From Perna viridis (lineage: Eukaryota), in NCBI GenBank assembly GCA_037379345.1, contig CM074512.1, positions 26,908,001-26,972,000 on the forward strand: a DNA stretch of 64,000 nucleotides, in the 5' to 3' direction. Position numbers and translations under genes: made by a program. Positions 41,101 to 52,690 of this stretch are shown here, piece by piece (the stretch's first letter is position 1; the number at the start of each line of letters is the position of its first letter). The notes below the pieces were generated by a model that did not search any database, had not been told where the DNA came from, and saw nothing but the letters and a program-made list of their open reading frames with translations.

Positions 41101-44100
41101 TGAATAAACCAAAGTACTTTGTGAAGTCACTGTATATTACTAAAATGTATTTTGACCCTGTGCAGGTCTGGGTGTCAAAAGAATAGGCCTGCAGCAGCGC
41201 TAAGCTTGTCATAAAAGGCGACTAAATAGTGCTCAGAAATCTAGCCAGGGGCTAGGAGCTCTGCCCACAGAGCAACTGGGATGTGTGCCCCAGGTGGTGG
41301 AATGGGGTACCCCTGGTGTGTTACATGCTGGGGTTGTCAGGCTATAATACGGAAAACCTGACTGCAAACCATAGTGGTGCACCGTGTTGGGAAAGATGGC
41401 ACGTTCCTTGCACGTTAAAGAACCCTGCTGTGGTATTCGATAGGAGTATGAACCTTTGCGCTCTGCCACAGGAGGCTAAATTGCCCGACACTACCCATCC
41501 CTCCCTTTTATCTTGTGGCAATCAAAATTGGTCGACCCTGTTGTCCTTGTGTCCCATCCCTTTTTTTCATTTCGTCATCATTGTTTCATGTTAATTTTGT
41601 CATCCATTTCATGTTCATCGCCTGAATAAAGCTGAAATATTGCTGCTCAGGTGGTAAACCCCAACAATGAATCAATCAATCTAAAATGTATTTTGAACCT
41701 GGGTAAATCAAATACCTGTCTTATTCAAACAAATTGTACAGTGGTTCAGTTTAGAAAAATATCATGATATCTATGTCTTTCATGAAAGTTGAATGATAAA
41801 ATGGATGCAGTAAACAATATTTTGGTATCATTTTAGGTCCTCCAATTGTCAGCATTCCACAGAGTCAATACAGTGTTACTATTGGCAACAGTATAACCTT
41901 AGTCTGTAGTGTGACCTCTAACCCTGCTCATACCAGTGTAAGGTGGGTGAAAACTCTGAACAATGTTGAAACCGACATCACTGTAACCAACAGCAACAAA
42001 TACAGTGGAGGATCAGTAAATACACCATCTTTAACAATCAGCAGTGCCGCAAGTGCTGATGGTGGATACTACAAATGTTATGCCTCTAATAGTGTTGGAA
42101 CTGGACAAAGTCAAAGTACTTTCCTTAATGTAGTTGGAAGTAAGTGGTGTAGAGATAGAAAATATCATTGTACAAGTGGCAAGATTTTTATCATCTGTTT
42201 ACTATTGATATCTGTTTCCTTGCATAAACCATCATATAAAAAACACTTGTGTTTGTCATTAGAACAAAAAAAAAAATTCACAGATAAGATATATGTTTTA
42301 CAATGTGTTCTTATCATATTTTGTTATGTAATGAAATGTTTGACAATCAGAAAAAATATCTTCTATTATTTTTTTTTTTACAAAATCCAGATTATTGTTT
42401 TGAAGATGTATTGAACACTGTCTGTCCATAATATAATAACTTGATAATTTGATATAAAATTAATTTGAATCATAAAATTATCTTTAATGATCTTTTTGTA
42501 GATGCTCCACAAGTGAATATTTTAGCCAATACCTACAGTGTAAATGTTGGTAGCTCTGTTACCCTGCAGTGTGTTGTATCTGCCAATCCACAACATACAA
42601 CAGTATACTGGAAAAAGGTTGTCAATGGAGTTCCAACTAATGTAAATCTGGCTACAGCTAACAACAAATATAGTGGATCTACCGTCACATCTCCATCTCT
42701 TGTTATAAACAATGCAGTTGTAGCAGATGAAGGCTACTATGTATGCTATGCTGATAACAGCGTTGGAACAGGACAGAGTTCTCAAACATTCTTAGATGTT
42801 GTAGGAAGTAAGTTCATATTTGTTCTTTAAATACATATATAGGTATATTCAACTTGTGGAAATTCTTAATCATGAACTCATGGATCATTACGGTGTATCC
42901 ATCTGCACCATGAGAACTGATTTGGTCAATGTGTCATAATTTTCCTTTCCTCTTTCGTCTACCCTGTACTTGACTTTTTATATGAAACTCGGCGGATGTT
43001 TCTAGAAAAACAGAGGACACTTATCCTACCAGTGCACTTGGTCCATGCTCCCAGTTTTTAGTTGAGTCTAAATTACTCATTTACTTCAGTTCTTTGTTGT
43101 ATGTGTGTGTTTTTCATGTCTGGGTTACATTCTTTTGATTTCCAGTAGAATTTTGGTTATCTTGATTACATGGTACTCTTTAAAACATTTCAATTTGGTA
43201 AAATACCAGTAATTAATTTATGGCAGGTGTAACCTGTCAGAGGACACTTGAATATATAGACATATTTCAAAATCTTCTTGCCACAATTTTTTTCCTTTTT
43301 GTTGCTTTTCTAGGTATCTTGGTGGTTCATGTTGCATTGTAAAAAAAACATACATTTGCTTACAATAGTCAAACAGAGTCTGAAACTGCAGGTGCTTTGG
43401 TTGTTCATATTTATATATGTAAATTTGAAAATTGGGTTTAATATGGTATGGCAATGTTGTTATTCTTTACACAGAAATAGAATAATAAACTGAATAAAAA
43501 TAATTATTTAAGACCATATAGTTAAGGCTTTTTAGTGAAGAAGATATGAAATGTATGGAAACTCTGTAAGACGTGACTTCCTGTCAGACTGAAATCAAGC
43601 TTTCAGTGCTTCTAAACTATAAACTCCTGTCAGACTGAAATCAAGCTTTCAGTGCTTCTAAACTTAGTCCTCTAATAGAATCTTTATTAGGCCATTGTAA
43701 AAAAATTCATTTCTTTTCAAAAAAGTAATAAACATTTTTTTATAATAAGAGAAAAATCTCTTCTATTCTGATGAAGTGACTTAAATATTGGGAATATTTT
43801 TTATGTTTTTAAATCAGATCTTAATTTTTTTTAAAATACATGTATGAGTAATGTACCATTGTTTTCATCAATGAGTTAATTACAAGGCCCCTGTTCGCAT
43901 GTTTTTGATTGATATTGAGTCAATTTACCTATTACATAAAATTCTTTTTGACTTTTAAATTTCTAGATGTACCAATTGTCAATGTTGTTCAGCTCTCATA
44001 CCAAGTGAACCTTGGAAGTGACATAGAACTGGAATGTACAATTACATCTAATCCAGCCCATACAACTGTATACTGGCACAAGTTAGTTAATGGCCAACCC

Positions 44101-47100
44101 CAGCCTATAACCGTAACAGGATCTAACAAGTATAGTGGATCTACCTTGACAACACCATCACTTACTATCCGTAATACTGTGCAAGCTGATGCTGGAAGTT
44201 ATCGTTGTCTGGCTGATAATAGTGTTGGTACTGGCCAATCACAGATTACAATTCTCAATGTACTTGGCAGTAAGTAACACTTAATTTGATAAACTTTTCA
44301 AAATAATGAAGAAGACAGAAATTTTTATCGATGATTATACGTAAGTTTCTTTTCAAATGTCAAAGTTTAATTAATGACAAAAAAAGAAGACAGTGTGTCT
44401 GCAGTGGATGATTGAATAAAAAGGTAAACTATACATGAATTTACGCTTCAATACACACATATTCCTTTGCATACGTATGGGAGCATGGATGAATATTTAC
44501 ACATAATCGGCTGCACAACGACAGTGAAGGCGGCGTGGATGAAGTGATAGTTGGCATTGGAAAATATGACATGTAAAAAATTCAGCAGGAATATAATTGT
44601 TAAGGAAATATAACTAGGAAGAAGGAAAATTACAACAAGGTGTTTTTAAGGTTTCAGTCAGACTCAGTTCTAAGTTTTTTTTACGGAGCTGAAAATTACT
44701 CTCTTGACCGGTAAAATCAGTGTGCATATAATAAACTATTCTTATTGCTATATTATTCCATTAAGTTCATTGCCACACTCTTTCGAACTGCATGACCGCC
44801 ATATTGGTTTCAAGTTGACTGGCGTGCATGCATGTATGAATGATCTGGCGAAGTTCATGCATGTATGAACTTTCTGGCGAAGTTCATGCATGTATGAACT
44901 TTCTGGCAACAATGTTCTCGATCAATCAAAAATGGCTATAAGCACGAAGAATCTCATGATTAGAATTATTAACAGTTGATTATTGATATTTTTTTTAGAT
45001 GTACCAACTGTTGTATTGGACAAATCAGCTTACACTGTACCATATGGTGATACCCTGACCATTACTTGTACAATCACATCTGATCCATCCCACACTAGTG
45101 TTTACTGGCAGAGAATCAGCAATGGTGTTACCCAAACTATCACTGTACAGAATAATAACAAATATGCTGGATCATCCCTACAGGTTCCGTCACTGACCAT
45201 CTTCAATGCTGATGGCAATGATGAGGGAGATTACATATGTTTTGCTACAAATGCAGTTGGAACTGGTCAGAGTGGGAGAGGAACTGTAGATGTTACTGGA
45301 AGTCAGTTTCAATAAGACTTCTCCATAATCACTTTTTTTAAGTAAAATCGAAACTTTATAATTTAAAGTTAATTTCTTCTGCCATTCTGTGAAAACATAA
45401 AAAAAAGAAAAATGTCATTCTATAAAATCAAAAAAAAAGTTTGGAATGTGGTCAAAAGTGCAAGTTATTGGAGGAAATATGAAATGCCTCTCTAAATTGC
45501 TGAAGTATTATAACTATTATAAAATGAATACTACAAATTAAAAAATGGAATTAACTGACTAAATAAACGATGGGGCTCCCTCTTAATGGCCAACACTTAC
45601 ATTACAAATATATCATCAGTGTTGCTGAGTATAGCAATACCCTAGTTAAGTAGATGCTAATTATTTATTTATCTATTTAAGGTGTACCAAGTGTTAGAAT
45701 ACTGAAAAGCAGTTATTCTGTCCAGAAAGGTAATCCCATTACACTGGAATGTGAGGTTACTGGTACTCCAGCCCATACCAGTGTTTATTGGACACGTATT
45801 GTCAATAGTCAGACTGTTACTCTAACAATGACTGGTGCTAAATATGGTGGTTCTACACCAAGTTCACCATCATTGATTATATTTAATGCTGCAGAAAGTG
45901 ATGAAGGCTCATACATTTGCCATGCTACCAATGGAATTGGTACAGGCCACAGTTCTCAAACCGTTCTTGATGTCCAAGGCTGTAAGTTTTTTTGTAAAAT
46001 TAGAATATATTAAAATGTATAGATTTATCATACTAGCTTTTTGGGGCAATTAATGGGATAATATTTAACTTGTTGAACTGAAAATTTGTGTCATAATGTT
46101 TATAATAATATTTTATATTAAAGTGTATGATAAGGACAATATAACAGTTTCATAAAAAGTAAAAATAACTGTAAATAGTAATTCTTTGTAAATCAGTTTT
46201 AGGATTACCCATGGTCCAAAACTGTTATGTCTTTGTAAATCAGTTATAGGATTACCCTTGGTCCAAAACTGCTATGCTTGTGATTTGAATATTACAGGGA
46301 CAGTAATATTATTTTTCTACTTTTAGATGTTCCAAATGTTGTTGCTAGTATTACACCAACTGTCAGTGTAGGAGATTCCGTTGTTATTCAGTGTGTTGTT
46401 ACATCAGATCCTAAAGAGACATCCATCACCTGGCAGAAAGTCATTAACAATGTTCCTACCTCTTTGTCTATAACATCTAACAGTAGATACTCCGGTGGAA
46501 CTGTAACAACACCATCTCTCACCATTGCTAATGTTGAGGACAATGATGAAGGACAATACATTTGTCAGGCTACTAACAGTGTTGGTACTGGATCTAGTAA
46601 CCAGGTTTACCTTGATGTTGTAGGAGGTCAGTCATTCTTAAATTAGTTTTTTTGGATATTTTGTTTAACAATCAAGGTGATAAGCATTTTCAGTTGACAT
46701 AAAGTTGTACTAATTTACTAAATGAATCCTAATATTTTGACTTCTTATCTTATTAAACAGAATATTCTCATTTTGTTCTGAAATTTCATTTGATAGATGC
46801 TCCAAGACTGACATATGTGACACCAGCCAGGATAACAGTTCCAGAGGGTCAGTTGGTATTAGCCACCTGTGTCAGTACAGCCAACCCAGCCGCAACCTAC
46901 CGGTGGTTTAAGGACAATAGCAATCAGGTGTTTGCCACTGGCGCAGAACTTAGGATTACAACATCTCAGAGGAGTGATATGGGTGTTTACACATGTCGAG
47001 CCAGTAACAATTATGGCACTGATGATGCTCAGCTCACTGTTGATGTTCAATGTAAGCTTTAGATATGCAGTTTTATTGAAGAGTTTTTAGTTAAGGGTAA

Positions 47101-50100
47101 TACACAAAAAAATTAAAGGATAGAAAAGGATTTACACAGTTTGTTATTTTTTGTTGTACATATCTAAATGACAACCCAAAATACTGTTAATGAAGAATTC
47201 TTATAGGATTCTTTATTCTGTAATATAGGCTTGACACAATTTTGAATTTCATTTGAATTTGGGAATAGAAAAAAAACATGTTGCTCTGCAGAAAGGGAGT
47301 AATGTTGGTGAAACAAGAAATAAATTTATAAATCTACTCTCACTTGAACTTGGTTAACTTGTTTGAAAAGTATTTTTAGATGATGTACTCTTTATAGATT
47401 TTCATGACTTCGAATTTTTTTAGATAAACCTGATGTAACAATTTCGAAAACAACATCAGCCTTTAGTGGAACAGGAGGAGGATCAATCAACATTCCATGC
47501 ACATATGTTGCCAACCCAGCTGTGACTAGTGTTAGCTGGAGAAAGATTAAGGCTGGAGTTACAGATATCTTATCCATCACAGGCAGCAAATATGGTGGAG
47601 GTGGTCTTTCCCAGGCTGGTCTTACTATATACAACTTAGGATCTGATGACATAGCATCATACCAATGTTTGGCAACCAACACCATTGGTACTGGAGAGAG
47701 TGAAGTTGTTACTCTCTCTGTAGACACACGAGGTAATGATATGTGTGGAGGTTTTAAATTTTGGCAAAAAAAGACAAGGATTTTAAAAGTCAACAGAAAA
47801 CATAAACACTGCTTATTAGTCAAAACCTTGCAATCTTGGCCTGAATAAGTCCCACAATATATAAATCAGAACTACATAAGGAACTTATGATTTTTGACTG
47901 GCAGGACTCCTTATCTCTAACAATTGAAAACAGAAAAAAATATGTAACCTACCTCTAAAGCTGATTAAGAAAAAATATTCCCTCTCTAGTCATTCTACAA
48001 AATGAAAACCTCCTACTTTGTTTTAAGTATTCTTTACAAGAAATATACTTTTCTTGTTTGAATACCATTTATTTATTGCCATATATTTAAATAACATGTT
48101 TCCAGGTCCGTGGTTTTCCTCCCTGAACTAGTTGTCACATAAGTTTCTTCTTCATCATTATTGGCATTTTTAAAGTTTTTGTTTCAGTGACATGTTTTGA
48201 CAGAAATTGAAGTGACATGTTTTGACAGTAATTGAAGTGACATGCTTTGACAGTAATTGAAGTGACATGCTTTGACAGTAATTGAAGTGACATGTTTTGA
48301 CAGAAATTGAAGTAATTGATTTTACTGAAATTTTAAGTAAACAGAGAAATTTTTTACACAAATTTGGCTAAATCTCCTGCTTTGACATGAGTACCAGACT
48401 TAAATTTTTCATGAAATATGGGGAGGCTCCCTCCAAAAGCAGGAAACTTAACATGTATGCATCAGTTTCATCCTCATCTTTATGTTTGTGATTTGCCTCA
48501 ACACTTTCATCAGTAATTTCTGTTTTTCAATCATGATTGGTACTAAAATTCCTTCACCAAGTACCTGCCCTTTGGCCAGACCTTGTAACTGTAACTACAC
48601 ACACAAAACTGACCACTCTTATTGTAATTTTCTTTATAAAGCACAACCATGCAGACATAGCCAAAGAAGCAAATCTTCCATTCATAGTCAATATACCAGA
48701 CACACATAACCAATTGTATATAACCAAAGCAAGCATAACAAAGTGTATAAAGTAACCAAAACCTACATCACAGTGATTTTCAACATTTTTAAAAAGAAAT
48801 ATATGCCTGTGCCTTCCAGTTTTGGAAAATAATTTTGAAATAAATAACTGAAATGTAATACTGAAAAAAATCAACAGCAAAATTATCATGGTTTGGCATT
48901 TAGAAACATCCTTATTTTGGCTTTATTTTATAACTTGAAAAACTGCTGCTATTTGTTACAAAAATTTGAATTATAACGATATTAGAAAACAAATTCACAA
49001 ATTGAACTAATTTGTAAAGAAGCAAACTGTAATTGAATGAACAATTGTAAGCATGCCTTTATACATGTATATTTGGATTTGTTTGTAGCTGCACCTTTCG
49101 ATATTGCCATCAACCCTGTGTATGTAGATGTTGTGGCCGGAGATTCATTTGAAGCTACATGTACAGCCAAGGGAGATCCTGCTCCTAGCTTTGCTTGGTA
49201 CTATTCTGACAGGATGATTCAGACTGGACCCAAACTTACTGTCACTAGTTCTGTCAGCACTGATGATGGATTGTACACATGTGTAGCTACTAATGCCCTT
49301 GGAATGGCTCAAGCTACATTAGATGCTAATGTTAGGTGTAAGTACTGTGTAGTTTGAACTAATAATTCCTTTTTTCGTCATGAAAAAGTGATAAGTGATA
49401 TTACAACACTCAAAACTAATACCCACAAAGTCTGTTCTTCTATTTTAATATGAAAAAAGACCATTTTTTTTAGTCAAAAAGGTAAAAAAGTTTCTTTAGT
49501 CTATTATATATTTGTTATTTTTAAAATTTTACTGTGTATGTTTTTACCTTAATTTGTTTTATTATTATTATTTCTTTCTCTTTGTCCATTTAGTTACACC
49601 AATTAGCACAGTAACAACAACAGAATTCAAACGAGCTATTGGTAACCCTGTAACCCTGCATTGTTCTACCCGTGCCAACCCGGCTGCTACTGAGTGGATA
49701 TGGACAAAGGATGGTTCAAATCTGCTCAATCATTATTCTGATACCTTGTTGGTTGACATGGACAGTCTTCAGGATTTAGGAACCTATACATGTACTGCCA
49801 AGAACACAGTTGGACAATCTTCTATCATTGAATTCCATATCAAGGAAGCTGAGAGAGGTTTGATATTAGATTATATTTAAGGGCTTGTAGTGTACCCCAA
49901 ACATTTGACAGAACTTATGAAAATTTTAATAGTAAAAATGAATACATGAATGGTATCATTTAAGCTGTCTTAGTTCTCCTTTGAATTAAATCTGTGGCAA
50001 ACTTCTATTTATATTGTTTATGCCAGCTGCTCCTGTAAGACTATGTTGTAATGGAGCAAAATTTGGAAAATGACAATAATTTTACTTTTGTTTTCAAATG

Positions 50101-52645
50101 AAGATACTTGGGACTAAAGTTCAATATGAAAAATGATCATTAAACAGCTGTTCAGGATTATACAGAGAGATATACACCTACAGATAATAACATTTAAAAC
50201 TGAATCAACCATTGAAATATTTTTTCCATATTTCTATTTCAGTTACTGTTGTCAACACAACTAGTGGTGCTTTGTCTGAAGGAGAAATTGCAGCCATTGT
50301 TGTTGGTTGTTTACTTGCCATTGCTTTAGTAGCTATCCTCATTATCTGTTGTTTCACTCATGGTAAGTGATTCATAATTTCTAATAATGATTTATTTTCA
50401 CAACAGATGTGTAACAGAGATGCTTGTTAAATCCTGTTTGAGTTATTTACCCTCCCATTGATAATTCTACAATATATTAAATGTAGCAACACTTCAAACA
50501 TATATGAAAATTAAAAATGGTTCAAAATATAATATGTAAATAAACATTTTTGATTAATTTTACATCACTGTTTATTACACTTTCAATTGACTTTTTTGTA
50601 AATAATTTTATTATATAGATAGTAGTGTTTTATCGAATTCACGCTGTGAAATAAATTTGGTAATTTCACTCTCTGACTTTCTCCACCTGAAATGTCACAA
50701 CTTTGATATAAATCCGCCACTCACAGAATTTAAAATTCATGTTAAAAATATCGACAAGTTATGAAGAAATTCTATATAATAAATAGGATAATCAGTTGTT
50801 AATCATGAATAACCAAAATATTATCACTCGTACCAAGAACGCTTGAGGATTTAACTCGTTAAATCTAGGTGTTCTTTGGTACTCATAATAATATGAAGGT
50901 TATTCACTCTTTCCAATTAATTATCCTGTTAGTAATAATTTGTAATTTGACAGTAAGGAATGTGGGTAATGCTACCAATGGTTTTCTTAGAAAGCTAAAT
51001 ATAGGTTTAGTTATAAAATGCCTGAAAGTAACGATTCTGAATCAAATAAAAAACCAAGATATTCTGTTTGGAATTTAAAAGGATATTGGTAGCTTAGAAA
51101 AAGAAAACAAAAAAAAAAAAAAGGCTGTGGAGTTTTAAGATTTGATAACATCACATTCTTAATTATTTTTACCAGGCATGTGTAAGAAGAAGGAAAGAAT
51201 CGTTGAAGTACCTGTCCAACCTGAACCAAGAACCACATACAAGTAGGTTTCATCTTTATATTGTCATCATTTAACCTTTATCAGGTCCCATGGAACCCTA
51301 CACAGTAATGTAGTACTTATTTTGACCATAATGAAAACAATCCTCAAGATAATGAGAAAATTCACTATGTCTCTAATCAACTGTGAAATGAAAATGGAAA
51401 GATAATTACTGTGTCAAAAAAAATAAAATTATACAAAATACAGTACTTCAACTGGTAATATTGACTGGTTCAGTGTCGCGATCATGTTTCAAATCCAAAA
51501 TATAGGCTGCATACCTCCATACATCAACGAGGATGCATGTAAAACTTTGGTCAATTCATCAATTGTCTTTCGATTGGATTATGGCAACGCATTACTCTAT
51601 GGACTACCAGCTTGTGTCATTCAGAGACTACAAAGGATTCAGAACACTGTTGGGCGGGTGGTAACAAGAAAAAAGAAACACAAACACATTTCTCCGACAC
51701 TTGAGTCTCTCCATTGGTTGCCTGTACAGTACAGGGTGCAATACAAAATTCTGTTGTATGTTTTCAAGTCCATGAAACAAGAAATGCCACTATATATAAG
51801 TGAACTTGTAAACTTATACAGGCCATCAAGATTGTTAAGGTCTGAAAACAACTTAACACTTGTAACTCATATTGTGTGAACCAAAACCTACAGCAATAGA
51901 AGATTCGATAAAGTGGTTGCCACCCTTTGGAACGCATTACCAAAAGAACTGCATAATGCAAAATCAGTGTCTATTTTCAAAATGAAGTTAAAAACTCACT
52001 TTTTGTGACAAGCATTTTGAAGCCCTTAATTTCGTTTCTGTGATACGTAGTGCCATAGATGTTTGCTTGCTTTTGATTATTGAACCTTTGTTTTAACTGG
52101 TGATATTTTTCTTTTTTTAATGTGTACATTGTATGTTGTAGTAGCACATATATTTCTTTTCAAAGTTTTTTTTTTCCAAGATTTCAAATTTTAAACTTCT
52201 TTTTGGTAATTTTTAAATAGCAAACTTATCTTAGACTTTTTACCAAATTTATTCAATATATTTTTACTCAATTTGACTATGATTCATTTATATATATTCT
52301 TGTTTTTCTAAATATTTCCAATTTATTAACTTTAATAAATAACTAGACAAGTTTTACTACTCTGATATATTTTTGTGTGTTAATGTATTATATTTTTATC
52401 AGTAGTATATTTTTAAACATGTGATGTGATGTAAAGCTCTTTGAGTAATATTGTTTTAGATTAAGCCCTATAGAAAAATTGTAATAATACCAGTAATGAT
52501 GATAAATATATGATAGTCTTCAGAGAAAAAGTAAGGATATTATTTTTAATCTTCCTAATCAATGGCATGTATGATTTCATAAAAAAATTATAGCAGTTGA
52601 GCCTCCAACTTTTGCTTGATATTCAGTTCGTCACTAAATTCTTGC

Positions 52646-52690
<45 letters not shown>

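Noticed and set aside
2-46626. V(D)J-like rearranging locus with recombination signal sequences
   Set aside because: No CACAGTG-spacer-ACAAAAACC next to the exons, only scattered heptamers (e.g. ~6651, ~48769). Each exon is a complete domain with its own splice sites.
26760-46626. Recurrent LDV tripeptide as an integrin-binding motif
   Set aside because: It sits in the terminal beta-strand (FLDV/YLDV) and is most simply structural.
105-47823. Antisense ORFs overlapping the Ig exons (MVVVLCPVPT..., ...LTVLPVYLLVLVVDV...)
   Set aside because: Shadows of Thr/Asn-rich codons on the coding strand; they recur only because the exons are repeats.
17718-48313. Tandem repeats (90, 59, 29 and 25 bp) as CRISPR arrays
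   Set aside because: No unique spacers, no cas genes, and the context is eukaryotic introns.
19-49880. Treating each Ig ORF in the track as a separate small gene
   Set aside because: Most start at GTG/TTG inside or just before exons. Conserved AG/GT sites bound each domain, and the ORF ends are intron read-through.
51484-51879. 131-aa ORF as a cytoplasmic exon of the receptor
   Set aside because: It matches L2-clade LINE ORF2 and has a premature stop; the receptor frame is complete without it.
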